Positions 9,546-19,798 are shown, counted from the stretch's first letter. The stretch: 64,000 nucleotides of DNA from Flexilinea sp. (GCA_963615825.1 CAVEIY010000001.1:3200-67199), one strand, 5' to 3'. Notes: generated by a model not told the origin, from the sequence alone. Numbers and translations are program-made.

Positions 9546-10469
9546 ATGGAAGGATCAATTATCGTCTCACAAATGGTTCAGATGTTTTTAATGATGTTTC
9601 TGGGCTATTTTTTGAGAAAGATCGGCTTGATGGATCAGGGGTTTACAGCAAAGCTGACCACGTTCCTGCTCAATGTGGCGATGCCCTGCCTGATTCTTCA
9701 TTCGGTCATTGGACAAGCGGGCGGAAGAAATCTGGAAGAGGCTGGGGTAGTATTTGCGGTGGCCACCGGAATGTATTTGCTGCTTCCGCTGCTGTCACTG
9801 CTGGTGGTGAAGCTGCTGCGGCTGCCAAAACAGCAGCAAGGGGTCTATGCTTTTATGATGACCTTTTCCAATGTGGGCTTTATGGGCTTTCCACTGGTTA
9901 ACGCGGTATATGGCGGTGAGGCAGTGTTCTACACGGCAATCATCAACATTCTGTTTACGATCTCCAGCTATACCATTGGTCTGCTGCTGCTCCACTGCGG
10001 TCAGGAAACCAAGGCGAGAATCGACCCGAAGCTGCTGCTGACACCGGGGGTGGTGCTGTCTGCGCTGGCCATTGTGCTGTATTTGGCGGACCTGTCCTTT
10101 CCTGCCGAGGTGGTTCAGGTGACGGAAACCGTGGGGAACATGACCACGCCGTCGGCAATGCTTTGTATGGGCAGCACCCTGGCTTCTATGGAGCTGAAGG
10201 AGGTCATGAGCGATTGGCGGGTATATCTGTTTAGCGCAATCAAGCAGATTGTCCTGCCGCTGCTGCTATTGCCGCTGCTTTGGACCGTCCTCTCCAGCGA
10301 TTATCTGCGGGGGATTGTCTATCTTCTGCTGCTTACGCCCGTGGCAAACTCGGCGGTGCTGTTTGCCACCGAGTATGGGTTTGACGAAAAGCTGGCTGCC
10401 AAGGGCGTGTTCATCTCCACCATCCTGTCTGTGGGAACCATTCCGCGGCTGGCTCCACTGATAGGGTAG
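9546..10469 (+). CDS. AEC (auxin efflux carrier) family transporter
   Basis: 307 aa, about 10 TM. Its N-terminus resembles AEC/malate-permease-type carriers. Confidence 0.75.
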   Translation: MEGSIIVSQMVQMFLMMFLGYFLRKIGLMDQGFTAKLTTFLLNVAMPCLILHSVIGQAGGRNLEEAGVVFAVATGMYLLLPLLSLLVVKLLRLPKQQQGVYAFMMTFSNVGFMGFPLVNAVYGGEAVFYTAIINILFTISSYTIGLLLLHCGQETKARIDPKLLLTPGVVLSALAIVLYLADLSFPAEVVQVTETVGNMTTPSAMLCMGSTLASMELKEVMSDWRVYLFSAIKQIVLPLLLLPLLWTVLSSDYLRGIVYLLLLTPVANSAVLFATEYGFDEKLAAKGVFISTILSVGTIPRLAPLIG

Positions 10470-10502
10470 GAAGAAACAGAAAATACCCCCAAAGAAACAG
10501 GA

Positions 10503-10547
10503 AAACATCCGCAGAAACCGGAAAGCAATTCGGTTCCTGCGGATGTT
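10503..10547. terminator. Bidirectional hairpin between convergent genes
   Basis: AACATCCGCAG.AACCG...CGGTT.CTGCGGATGTT followed by GTTTTGTT. Confidence 0.6.
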
Positions 10548-10557
10548 GTTTTGTTAT

Positions 10558-11967
10558 TTAGTCTGCCAGCACGTTTGCGTGCGTCATCAGGTCAATCAAC
10601 ACCCGAATACCCTGCATATAGGATCGCACCGATATCCGCTCGTTGGTGCCGTGAACACCGGCCGTGCGTTCCTCTGGCTCTGCCATAAAGGGGCTGCACC
10701 GCAAACAGGTGTCGCAGATTTGCTCATACTGGTGCGCGTCGGTAGCGCCTACCGTCATGGATGGCACAAATACCACACCGCCAAAGTAACGCTCCATACT
10801 CCGGATCAAAGCCTGATATCCATAGCCGTCCTGCTTTGCGGTTGCAGAGGGATTATTGGCTTGCAGATACCGCAGCGTTACGCTGTCGTCGGTAACGACC
10901 TGCTGGCAATGGGCCATGACGCTTTCAACCGTGTCGCCATCTGCCAGACGGAAATTGATGACGGCCTGCATGTCCTGGGGCATTACGTTGCAGGCGTCGC
11001 TGCTGCCTTGAATAATGGTGGGGGCAATGGTGGTGGATACAAAGGGGAATAAGTCGGGATGCGTGTGACAGTAGGCTGCAATGGCATCTTGATTCCCCGG
11101 AATATCCTGCACCAACGTTTTCAGCGGTTCTTCTGTAATATAGGGGGCCAGCGTTTTCAATGCGCCCATCATCACGGGACTGAGCCGAACAGGAAACGGA
11201 TTCCGGCAAATATCCGCAATGGCGCCGGATAGATGGGCCAAAGAGGTGCCACCATAGGGACGGCTGGAATGACCGCCGATGCTGTGAACAGACAGCTCCA
11301 GATCGGCATATCCCTTCTCCATCAAATCCACCTGGGAAATGAAAATCTCCGGTGCGCCGAACAGCGTGCCCGGTTCGATTTTTCCACCGCCCTCGTCCAG
11401 CACAAACTCCAAGGTGATCCCCTGGGCCTTGAGATGGTTGGATATGGCCAGAGCGCCGGTGTTCAGCGTTTCCTCGTCGTCACCGAAGGCCAGATAAGCG
11501 GTCCGGGAAAATGTCTTGCCGTGGGCCAGCAAATACTCTGCCGCCTCCAGAATGCCAAACACCTGCTCTTTGATGTCCAGGGTACCTCTGCCCCAGATAT
11601 AACCATCTTCCACAGCACCGGAGAATGCGGGATAGGTCCAGTCCTGCTCGGTGCCTTCCACCACAGGCACTACGTCCTGATGGGACATATACAGGCAGGG
11701 ACGGAGGGCTGGATCGGAACCGGGAATGGTAATCAGCACGGCATGATGGCCCACTAATTCAAAGGATCCGATAGACATAATAACTGGATAGCTGGCTTTC
11801 ATATGGGCTTGCAGCCGGTCAAACTCCCCGTAGTCGGTCAGGCTGTGGTCGGCATAGTTGATGGTTTTGTACGCAATGGCCTGGGAGAGCCGGTGGACGG
11901 CGCCGCTTTCGTCCAGGTCGGGGTAGTCATTCTCATGAATGAAGAAATCTGTTTGAAGCTGTTTCAT
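10558..11967 (-). CDS. M20/M25/M40 family metallo-hydrolase (M20A-type peptidase/deacylase)
   Basis: 469 aa. Motifs [16 protein letters not shown] and FGDDEE. 4-nt overlap with the upstream ATPase gene. Confidence 0.8.
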   Translation of the reverse strand: MKQLQTDFFIHENDYPDLDESGAVHRLSQAIAYKTINYADHSLTDYGEFDRLQAHMKASYPVIMSIGSFELVGHHAVLITIPGSDPALRPCLYMSHQDVVPVVEGTEQDWTYPAFSGAVEDGYIWGRGTLDIKEQVFGILEAAEYLLAHGKTFSRTAYLAFGDDEETLNTGALAISNHLKAQGITLEFVLDEGGGKIEPGTLFGAPEIFISQVDLMEKGYADLELSVHSIGGHSSRPYGGTSLAHLSGAIADICRNPFPVRLSPVMMGALKTLAPYITEEPLKTLVQDIPGNQDAIAAYCHTHPDLFPFVSTTIAPTIIQGSSDACNVMPQDMQAVINFRLADGDTVESVMAHCQQVVTDDSVTLRYLQANNPSATAKQDGYGYQALIRSMERYFGGVVFVPSMTVGATDAHQYEQICDTCLRCSPFMAEPEERTAGVHGTNERISVRSYMQGIRVLIDLMTHANVLAD

Positions 11968-12716
11968 TCCATTTTGTCCTCCAGATAGCGGCTGAGAAAT
12001 TCACGGGTACGGGCTTGCTTCGGATGACCAAACACCTCGTTGGGACTTCCCTGCTCCAGAATGATGCCCTGATCCATAAAGACTACCCGGTCACTTACTT
12101 CCTTCGCAAAGGCCATTTCGTGGGTAACAACCACCATGGTCATTCCTGCTTTTGCCAGCTGTTTCATTACATCCAGCACTTCCCCCACAATTTCCGGGTC
12201 CAACGCAGAAGTAGGTTCGTCGAACAACATAATGTCCGGCTCCATACACAGCGCACGAGCGATGGCCACCCGCTGCTTTTGACCGCCTGACAAGCGGCGC
12301 GAATCCGCGTAGATAAAATCCTCCAGACCTACGGTTTTTAAGTGCTGGATGGCGGTTTTTTCCGCCTGGGCTTTCGGAATTTTCTTCACCGTCATAGGAG
12401 CCAGCGTGCAGTTATCCAGCACAGATTTGTTGTTGAACAGGTGAAAGCCCTGGAATACCATGCCGATTTTTTGGCGAAGGGCGTTCAGATTTACCTTCAG
12501 ATCCATTAGATCCTGATTTTCAAACCAGATGTGACCGGAATCGGCCTCTTCCAGCAGGTTAATGCAGCGCAGCAATGTGGATTTGCCGGAGCCGGAAGCA
12601 CCGATGATGCACACCACTTCGCCCTTGTGTACTTCCAAATCAATGCCCTTGAGCACATGCAGGGCGCCAAAGGATTTTTCCAGCTGTTCAATCTTGATTA
12701 CTGTTTTGTTATCCAT
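11964..12716 (-). CDS. Amino acid ABC transporter ATP-binding protein
   Basis: Walker [10 protein letters not shown], signature LSGGQKQRV, Walker B MLFDEPT. Confidence 0.9.
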   Translation of the reverse strand: MDNKTVIKIEQLEKSFGALHVLKGIDLEVHKGEVVCIIGASGSGKSTLLRCINLLEEADSGHIWFENQDLMDLKVNLNALRQKIGMVFQGFHLFNNKSVLDNCTLAPMTVKKIPKAQAEKTAIQHLKTVGLEDFIYADSRRLSGGQKQRVAIARALCMEPDIMLFDEPTSALDPEIVGEVLDVMKQLAKAGMTMVVVTHEMAFAKEVSDRVVFMDQGIILEQGSPNEVFGHPKQARTREFLSRYLEDKME

Positions 12717-12728
12717 AACACCCTCCCC

Positions 12729-13919
12729 TTAGTTGGAGCTGGGAATGCCGTAATCCGGCATGGCGGTTTCGGGCTTCCCGCTTTTTCCCTGCGGCTTGCT
12801 GGTATCGGAATGCTCCATCTTTTTTGCAATCGCCTTGAGCAGCAAAGAGGACAGATAGGTTAGAATCAGATACAGCCCCGCTGCCACAACATACATCTCC
12901 AAGTCCCGGTAATAGATTCCCACCACGCCCTTGGTTTGGAACATCAGATCGGAAACACCCAAAACGCTCAGTACAGAGGAATCTTTGATGTTAATAATAA
13001 ATTCGTTGCCAATGGCAGGAATGGAGTTCTTTACCGCCTGCGGGAACACGACCTTTACCATCGCCTGCCACTGGGTCATCCCCAAGGAGCGTGCGGCTTC
13101 CATTTGACCGGCATCAATGGCTAAAATGCCGCCCCGCAGCACCTCGGCCAGATACGCCGTGGAATTCAGGGAGATGGTAACCAGGCCGGAGATGAAGAAG
13201 CTCCAGATGCGATTGATTTCCGTAACGCTCAGATTGGTGCGCTTGAACAGATTAAAAATCGCATAATAGAAAATCAGGGACTGCACCATCATAGGGGTGC
13301 CGCGGATTACAAAAATATAGAAGCTTGCAAATTTATTTGCAACAATTTTCAGAAATTTGACCAGATCATTATCCCGCTTGTCCGGAGCTTGAATCCGCAG
13401 GAACACCATGAGGATGGACAGCAAAAATGCAATTGCCGTGCCGAACAGTGCCAGGCGAACGGTTGTCCATACGCCGGTCAAAAAAGTGGAACCGTTTCGG
13501 CTGGTCATGTATACCAATCCGCCAAAGAAGTTCTGCGGGTTGCTTTCCGCGTGGGCATAAGACCCGATGAGATAAATCAGGTTCAGAATCCACCGATCCA
13601 GCACAAACAGGAAACAGGCGATACTGACCAGATAGGACAGGTATCGGCTTCCCTTTACAATGGCGGGACGTTTCATAACCGTAGCGTCATAGGTATTCCA
13701 GTGCGTCCATTTTATCAATAAAGCTACAGCGCTGACTGCGAGAAACAACCAGCAAATCGCCGCCATAAGGATTCCGACCGGAGCATGGATGCCAAGAAAG
13801 CTATAGGGATTTGGTGCGGAATGCCACATGCTCAGCCCCAGCAGGGCGACCACACTGCCGCCCAAGTAGACGTACCGATGATCCCGGGTAACGAAGTTTC
13901 CATGGGATGTTGTTTTCAT
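12729..13919 (-). CDS. Amino acid ABC transporter permease with long N-terminal membrane extension
   Basis: C-terminal half is a His/Glu/Gln/Arg-type permease (LAEVLRGGILAIDAGQMEAARSLGM). Start moved to ATG 13919 behind GGAAGGAGG. Confidence 0.8.
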   Translation of the reverse strand: MKTTSHGNFVTRDHRYVYLGGSVVALLGLSMWHSAPNPYSFLGIHAPVGILMAAICWLFLAVSAVALLIKWTHWNTYDATVMKRPAIVKGSRYLSYLVSIACFLFVLDRWILNLIYLIGSYAHAESNPQNFFGGLVYMTSRNGSTFLTGVWTTVRLALFGTAIAFLLSILMVFLRIQAPDKRDNDLVKFLKIVANKFASFYIFVIRGTPMMVQSLIFYYAIFNLFKRTNLSVTEINRIWSFFISGLVTISLNSTAYLAEVLRGGILAIDAGQMEAARSLGMTQWQAMVKVVFPQAVKNSIPAIGNEFIINIKDSSVLSVLGVSDLMFQTKGVVGIYYRDLEMYVVAAGLYLILTYLSSLLLKAIAKKMEHSDTSKPQGKSGKPETAMPDYGIPSSN

Positions 13920-14009
13920 GCGATTGCCTCCTTCCATGCTGCGAAAAGTCGAATGCACCGGCTTTTCGCAGCATTTTTCCCGGATCGTGCCCTGTCCGGG
14001 GATTACACG

Positions 14010-14903
14010 TTACTGGGGCTGATTCGCCACTGCGGTATCCCACATTTCGTCGCGAGTGGCCTGATCTACGGTTGCCAGAACCTCGTTGACCTGTTCCAGC
14101 AGTGCGTCGTCAGACTTCCGAATGCCCACACAGGCGCCCTTGGAGGGAAGCTCAAAGCCGTTCCCATCCTCAAAGGTAATGACCTTGAAGTCGGGGTTGG
14201 CAGCCAGATAGCCGGAGGAGTTTTCTACGTTAATGACCAGCGCGTCGCAGGTGCCCTGCTGAAGCCGGGAAATCATGTCAGGAACGCTGCCCACGGGGGT
14301 CAGGTGGTTTACGTCGGGAATCTGGTCGATTACGGTATCCAGCGCGGTGCCCTGCTGGCCCAGTACAGCGGCACCGGCGAAGTCCTGAATCGAGGCCGCG
14401 TTTGCATACTGGGAATCGTTCATGACCATCATGCCGTAAATCGTTTCGTGGTAGGGATCGCTGAAGTTGATGGATTCCCGGCGCTCGGCGGTGTCCATCA
14501 TGCCGGCAATGATCGCATCAATCTGCCCCTGATTCAGCGCCGAAATCAGACCGTCCCAGCTCATCTTCACGATGACCAATTCCTTGCCCAGGCCTTCTGC
14601 AATTACCTGTGCAAACTGCACGTCATATCCTTCTGCATAAGCGCCTGCTACGTTCTCAATGGGCCAGTTGCTGTCGGTTGCTTCGCTTTCCTGCCAGTTG
14701 TTGGGCGCATAGGCACATTCCATTCCCACGCGGAACTGTTCGGTGGTTCCGGTTTCCGCCTGGCTTGCGGCGGCGACCGCTTCCGTCTGGGCAGTGGATG
14801 CGGCTGATGATGCATTGCTGGTGGTATTGCCGGAGCCACAGGCGGCCAGCGTCAGCGTCATTGCTGCTGCCAGCACGAGAGAGGTGATGTTTCTGAGTTT
14901 CAT
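14010..14903 (-). CDS. Amino acid ABC transporter substrate-binding lipoprotein
   Basis: Lipobox LTLAACGSG. Family-3 SBP body. First gene of the riboswitch-controlled operon. Confidence 0.85.
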   Translation of the reverse strand: MKLRNITSLVLAAAMTLTLAACGSGNTTSNASSAASTAQTEAVAAASQAETGTTEQFRVGMECAYAPNNWQESEATDSNWPIENVAGAYAEGYDVQFAQVIAEGLGKELVIVKMSWDGLISALNQGQIDAIIAGMMDTAERRESINFSDPYHETIYGMMVMNDSQYANAASIQDFAGAAVLGQQGTALDTVIDQIPDVNHLTPVGSVPDMISRLQQGTCDALVINVENSSGYLAANPDFKVITFEDGNGFELPSKGACVGIRKSDDALLEQVNEVLATVDQATRDEMWDTAVANQPQ

Positions 14904-14996
14904 TTGGTTTGCCTTCCTTTCTTTCTGTTCGGTTGCTATGCTTCCAAAACAGGCGCCGCCTGTTTTTTACGGTGTTTCATACATTGCGGCGCATAG

Positions 14997-15033
14997 AAAA
15001 AAGCCGTAAATGTTTTTGTGAAACATTTACGGC
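14997..15033 (-). terminator. Intrinsic terminator of the lysine-riboswitch expression platform
   Basis: Minus strand reads GCCGTAAATGTTT-cacaa-AAACATTTACGGC followed by TTTTTT. It lies between the aptamer and the SBP start codon. Confidence 0.8.
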
Positions 15034-15086
15034 TGCAATTTCTCCAAATATGCTGCACCAATGACCTCTTTGGGCCATTGGGTTCC

Positions 15087-15246
15087 GATAGCGCTCCACA
15101 ATCTGTGACAGTCCGGCGGATCTTATCCGACGACCCAGCAGAAAACAGTTCAGGTGCTGTTTTCAACTTCGGCAACGATCCCTTTCCCAAATCCCGGATT
15201 TCCTGCTCCAATGGAACTTGGTACTGATGAGCATTGCGCCTCTATC
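15087..15246 (-). promoter_or_regulatory. Lysine riboswitch (L-box) aptamer
   Basis: Minus strand reads GATAGAGGCGCaatgctcatcAGTAccaag..GGAGcagg..GGGAAAGGGatcgtTGCCGAAGttg...GCTGGGtcg...ACTGTCACagattGTGGAGCGCTATC. All hallmark L-box blocks appear in the right order, and P1 closes as GATAG/CTATC. Confidence 0.85.
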
Positions 15247-15288
15247 TTTTTGATCTTTCGATCAGTGCATGATTAAATTGTTGAAGAT

Positions 15289-15317
15289 AGAATACTCCTG
15301 TTTTATGCGCTTGTCAA
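15289..15317 (-). promoter_or_regulatory. Sigma-70-like promoter driving the L-box leader
   Basis: Minus strand has TTGACA (15317-15312), 17-nt spacer, TATTCT (15294-15289). Confidence 0.55.
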
Positions 15318-15660
15318 GAGAAAAATGTTATTTTTTTCGTAATTGTCTTTATTACGGTAAATTGCACAAGTTGTCTGCGGATAGAGCGTATGGATCCGGC
15401 GGATTGCCTGGTATGTGAAAAGGACAAAAGGCCGGAACAGGTCTATTGCTAGAGGAATGGCCGCTTCCGGATTTAATGAATTGGAAATTCCTTGCGACAC
15501 CCTAAAAGAAAAGTAACTGGAAACAATGTATTTTAATACATTATTTGATGCCGTTTTGGTGCGTTTTGATATTGGACAATGCAAGCATTCAATCTTATAC
15601 TGTAAATACAGGAAACACATATCTGGTGCAGCCCAGGTGTGGATGAAAGGAGAAAACACC

Positions 15661-17421
15661 ATGAAAAAAATACTTGCGCTCCTCACGGCACTGACTTTGC
15701 TGTGCAGCCTGTTTTCTGGCTGTGGACAGGAAGCGGCATCTGCAACGACAAGCAGAGCATCGGCTTCGTCGATCCAGGCGGAACCGGACGAGGCCCCCGA
15801 GGTTGAGCAGCCCTCGGCCAAGGAAGTGATATCGGCGGAAAGCAGCGAGGCACTCCCGGATGAGGAAACCTACTCCAAGTATGGCATCGACTTTGCCACA
15901 AAGTCCGGAAATCCCACCGAGGCAGCGGACATCCCTGTGGAGCTTCCTGTGACCGAGGATGACATCACAGCGTCCCTGTACATGATTATGTCCCCTGCGG
16001 TGATCGGAAATATCAATCAGCTTGCCGACGAAAACATCGCGTGGAAAACCTTCTGTGAGAGAACGGGTCTGAAATTGGACATCCATCTTGTGCATCCTGG
16101 CAATAAGGCTACAGAGGTTGCACTGATGCTTGCGTCTCAGGAATACTATGACGTTATGCAGGATGTTATCTCGGACTATACAGGTGGCGGCGATCAGGCA
16201 ATTGAGGATGAGTTTGTATATGATTTGACCGACACCATGAGAGAATACGCACCCAATTTCTTTGCCAAGATTACCTACAGTATGGATACCTATAATAAAG
16301 TTTGCACCGAATCCGGCAAGCTTGTTGGTTTTTCCAGAATTTCCAATGATCTGCTTCCTGAGAATGGACTGGCGATTCGCTATGATTGGCTCAGAGACAT
16401 AGGCATGGAGCTTCCCACTACAGTGGATGCGCTGCATGATGTTTTAACGGCCTTCAAGGAACAGGAGCATACCAATGCGGCTATGTGGCTGAATGGTACT
16501 GGTGTGTTTGAAACGGAAACGATTCTGAATGCGTATTATGGTGACGGCTCGTTCTATGTGAATGACGATGGCGTCGTTGGTTACGGCCCCATTGAAGATA
16601 GTTTCAAGGATTATTTAAAGACAATGGAACAGTGGTACAGGGAAGGGCTAATTTACCCGGATTTCTACACCAATGCAGATGATCTCCGAATTGAGGATGT
16701 CTCCCTGGTGGCATCTCAGAATATCGGTCTTGTTTCCACTGAGATCAATAAGCTCCAGACACTTAATGAGGTGGTCGAAGGCTCAGAGTGGGGGGCGCTT
16801 GGAACGGTGGTTCGGAATGAAGGCGATATGCTTCACACTGGCGGTACCTTTGCATACTATGCAGAAATGGTGGACATGGCGATTACAACCGCCTGCACAG
16901 ATCCGGAAACGGTATGCGCGGCATTTGACTATCTGTATACGGAAGAAGGTGCTTTGCTTGCTAACTATGGCGTTGAGGATGTAACGTTTGAATTTGATGC
17001 AGCCGGTACGCCGCAGTTTTCTGAGATGATGACCAATGATCCCAGCTCTGACCTGAAAACCATGATTCTGCTGAACTGCCTGGATATTGGACCCTATGTA
17101 AAGGATGTCTACCGTACACAGTCGACGCTTACGGATGCGCAGATCAAGGCCTATGAGATTTGGAATGATACCAGCATCAATGACCAGGCGTGGGAGATGC
17201 CGGCTAAGGTTTCGCTGACGACAGATGAAAGTGTTAGATACAGCAATCTGTATGCGGAGTTCCATGCATACTACCTTGAGATGGTTGATCAGTTTATCAT
17301 TGGCGCAGTTGACATTGACACAGAATGGGAGAACTATGTGGATACCATGAACAGCCTTGGCGTTCAGGATTCCGTAGAGATTTACCAGGTGGCATATGAT
17401 CGGTATGCTGCTGGGAAATAA
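15661..17421 (+). CDS. Large extracellular solute-binding lipoprotein (family 1, LplA/LipO-like), orphan
   Basis: MKKILALLTALTLLCSLFSGCG lipobox. About 586 aa with an acidic/Ser-rich linker. Start moved to ATG 15661 behind AAAGGAG. No ABC permease or ATPase is adjacent. Confidence 0.75.
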   Translation: MKKILALLTALTLLCSLFSGCGQEAASATTSRASASSIQAEPDEAPEVEQPSAKEVISAESSEALPDEETYSKYGIDFATKSGNPTEAADIPVELPVTEDDITASLYMIMSPAVIGNINQLADENIAWKTFCERTGLKLDIHLVHPGNKATEVALMLASQEYYDVMQDVISDYTGGGDQAIEDEFVYDLTDTMREYAPNFFAKITYSMDTYNKVCTESGKLVGFSRISNDLLPENGLAIRYDWLRDIGMELPTTVDALHDVLTAFKEQEHTNAAMWLNGTGVFETETILNAYYGDGSFYVNDDGVVGYGPIEDSFKDYLKTMEQWYREGLIYPDFYTNADDLRIEDVSLVASQNIGLVSTEINKLQTLNEVVEGSEWGALGTVVRNEGDMLHTGGTFAYYAEMVDMAITTACTDPETVCAAFDYLYTEEGALLANYGVEDVTFEFDAAGTPQFSEMMTNDPSSDLKTMILLNCLDIGPYVKDVYRTQSTLTDAQIKAYEIWNDTSINDQAWEMPAKVSLTTDESVRYSNLYAEFHAYYLEMVDQFIIGAVDIDTEWENYVDTMNSLGVQDSVEIYQVAYDRYAAGK

Positions 17422-17471
17422 AAGTCCAATCGACAATATAATAAAATCCATATTAGAAAGGTGAATGAATT

Positions 17472-18308
17472 ATGGAAAATGTTACAATAGAGGAGCTGCA
17501 AAAGCAAATTGCCGCACTTCAGGACAAGCTTGACCGAGTGGATGATTACCGCAAGATTATGAACGTCTACTCGAAGTTCTGGCACTACTATGAAATGGGA
17601 AAGTATGAAGAGCGCTTTGACCTCATTGCGCATCATACGCCCGGTGTTACGGTGGAAATTGGCGCGCGGGGTGTATTTGAAGGCCGTGAGAGCGCACATC
17701 GGAGCTTGGTTGACACGGAACTCGGCTTTGAGCACAGCCATGCAGTGGGGATGAAGCGGCTGTTCCCTGATGTCGATTTTCCCAGTGAGCATGCCGGTAT
17801 GCTGGAGTCAACTCTGATCGGTTCTCCGATTATTGAAATAGCGGAGGATCGCAAAACGGCCCACGGTGTATTCATTGCGCTGCAGTCTGTAGCAAAAACC
17901 CACGATAATGATCCAAAGCCGCGTTCTATGTGGATTTGGTGGAAAACAGCAATTGACTTTGTAAACGAGGATGGAACCTGGAGAATCTGGCATTTCAACA
18001 ACAACCCCTATTATGCAACAGGCAGCACAGAGGACTGGGTGACCAATGCCGTCCATATGGCTGGACTGAGAATGCCCGATGATCCCGAGGACTATGTTCC
18101 CTCTGGCGGCCCCGGTGGCCCTACTCCGAAGAAGGATGCAGAAAAGGGCAATCAGACCGGCGGCCATAGTCACTACACCACTGCGGATCGTCCCACAACG
18201 AGCTTCTATCGCTCCTATCGGATTACCGCATTGCCGCTGGAAATCCCGCTACCCGAACCGTATAAGACCTTCGATGAAAGCTTCAGCTATGAGCCTGAAA
18301 AGTCCTGA
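17472..18308 (+). CDS. SnoaL_4/NTF2-like (BaiE-like fold) protein with Pro-rich C-terminal tail
   Basis: N-terminal helix EELQKQIAALQDKLDRVDDYRKIMNVYSKFWHYY, then a cone-fold body (...DGTWRIWHFNNNP). Paralog of 24157..24834. Confidence 0.55.
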   Translation: MENVTIEELQKQIAALQDKLDRVDDYRKIMNVYSKFWHYYEMGKYEERFDLIAHHTPGVTVEIGARGVFEGRESAHRSLVDTELGFEHSHAVGMKRLFPDVDFPSEHAGMLESTLIGSPIIEIAEDRKTAHGVFIALQSVAKTHDNDPKPRSMWIWWKTAIDFVNEDGTWRIWHFNNNPYYATGSTEDWVTNAVHMAGLRMPDDPEDYVPSGGPGGPTPKKDAEKGNQTGGHSHYTTADRPTTSFYRSYRITALPLEIPLPEPYKTFDESFSYEPEKS

Positions 18309-18390
18309 ATAAGAAATTTCGGGAGTGCCATAAGCGTTAGCGGCACTCCCGATTTTGTTCGGACACTTAATATGTAAGGAGAAAGGGAAT

Positions 18391-19743
18391 ATGACAAACG
18401 ACGCAAAACGAGAAACTGTAAAATTAGCAGATATGGAGCCGAAGTTTCGTGGGCGTGCGGTGGGAATCATTATTGTGCTATTAATTCTCATGTTTTTAAA
18501 CAGCAGCGCTGCTTCTGATTCTATTAACGTAATCACAAGCTATTTCCCAGAGACGTTTGGCTGGTCAGATACGCAGGTTGCGCTTCCGCAGACCATCGGA
18601 AGCCTGATCTCGATTCCGCTGTTGGCACTGGCGGCGGTCCTTTATCACAAGTTTTCCACCCTTCGGGTGCTGCGCGTTTCTTTTTTGATTCAGGGGATTT
18701 GTGTCATTCTGATTGGCGTTACTTGCGGTCATTATTGGGGATATGCGACGGCTGCAATCGTTGTACGTATGTGCTCCACGGTCAATCAGTTTGGTACATA
18801 TAAGCTCTGTACGGACTGGTTTAACTCCTGGCGCGGCCGGATACTTGGCATTGTAACCATTGCGGGTCCCATTAGTTCTGCGTCTACTGCCGGGGTGTTG
18901 ACCGCAGGCAATGCTGTGTTGGGATTTTCTACAACGTTTGTTGTGTTTGGAATTGTTGTGCTGGTTCTTTGCGTTGCCAGTACGTTTATCAGCAAATCCT
19001 ATCCTGAGGATTACGGTCTGGCGGTGGATGGTGTGGTTCGCACACCGGAGGAACTGGCTGCGCTGGACGGCGATGTGAACAGCCCCAGCATTTGGACCCT
19101 GAAGGCGATGATCCGCACCAAGGAATACTGGATTGTTACCTTTGCCATTGCGTTTTTTGCAATGGCGATGTCGGGAACCATGCAGATGTGGATCCGGATT
19201 ACGGTTATGGGAAAAGGGCTGGATATGGGACTTGCCATTGTGGCACTTTCCATCGGCTCGCTGCTGGGCATTCCGATTTCTATGATTTCCGGTGTAATCG
19301 ACGATAAATTCGGTACCAATAAGGCTGCCTTTTTTGTCTGGATGTTTATGATCGTACTGATGCTCTGTATGATTTTCATTACGCCTGCCTGTGCTTGGCT
19401 GGTCTATGTGGCTACTTTCTGCGTGGGCGCAGTGACGGGGTGCTTCCCGAACATCAACCCTTCTATTAAGGCGTATACCTTTGGCAGAAAAGCATTTGTG
19501 ACGGCCAATAGCGTTTCGGCAATGATTGAAAACCTGTTTATGAGTGGCGCGCTGATTTTCCTGTCGATTATCAGTGATTTGACAGGCTCCTTTACCCCCG
19601 CCTATGTCATCCATGTCATCATTACTGCAATCTTTGCTGTTCTGCTGTTGACCATCAAGCCCATGGCACCAGAGGTGATTGGCGTTGAAGCGGCAAAAGA
19701 AATTGTAAAGAGAGCGACAGAGCCTCGTCATAAAGGCAGCTAA
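18391..19743 (+). CDS. MFS transporter (oxalate/formate-antiporter-like subfamily)
   Basis: About 12 TM. Paralog of 22873..24114 (shared WRGR.LGI.TI motif). Start moved to ATG 18391 behind AAGGAGAAAGGG. Confidence 0.8.
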   Translation: MTNDAKRETVKLADMEPKFRGRAVGIIIVLLILMFLNSSAASDSINVITSYFPETFGWSDTQVALPQTIGSLISIPLLALAAVLYHKFSTLRVLRVSFLIQGICVILIGVTCGHYWGYATAAIVVRMCSTVNQFGTYKLCTDWFNSWRGRILGIVTIAGPISSASTAGVLTAGNAVLGFSTTFVVFGIVVLVLCVASTFISKSYPEDYGLAVDGVVRTPEELAALDGDVNSPSIWTLKAMIRTKEYWIVTFAIAFFAMAMSGTMQMWIRITVMGKGLDMGLAIVALSIGSLLGIPISMISGVIDDKFGTNKAAFFVWMFMIVLMLCMIFITPACAWLVYVATFCVGAVTGCFPNINPSIKAYTFGRKAFVTANSVSAMIENLFMSGALIFLSIISDLTGSFTPAYVIHVIITAIFAVLLLTIKPMAPEVIGVEAAKEIVKRATEPRHKGS

Positions 19744-19752
19744 TTTATCAAA

Positions 19753-19795
19753 AGCGCTGTGTATGGTAGTAAGTTACGATACACAGCGCTTTTCT
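19753..19795. terminator. Bidirectional terminator between the MFS and LysR genes
   Basis: AGCGCTGTGTAT-14 nt-ATACACAGCGCT, flanked by AAA and TTTT. Confidence 0.75.
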
Positions 19796-19798
19796 TGG

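Noticed and set aside
14948-14968. Small hairpin ACAGG-cgccg-CCTGT with flanking A6/T6 between the riboswitch terminator and the SBP start
   Set aside because: The stem is only 5-6 bp. It could be a weak second terminator or nothing, so it is not called separately.
14941-15300. Initial reading of the leader upstream of the SBP gene as a T-box
   Set aside because: There is no T-box 14-mer (GGTGGTACCGCG-like) or specifier-loop architecture. The conserved blocks match the lysine riboswitch instead. Track ORFs 14936..15211(-) and 15018..15227(+) overlap this RNA element and are rejected too.
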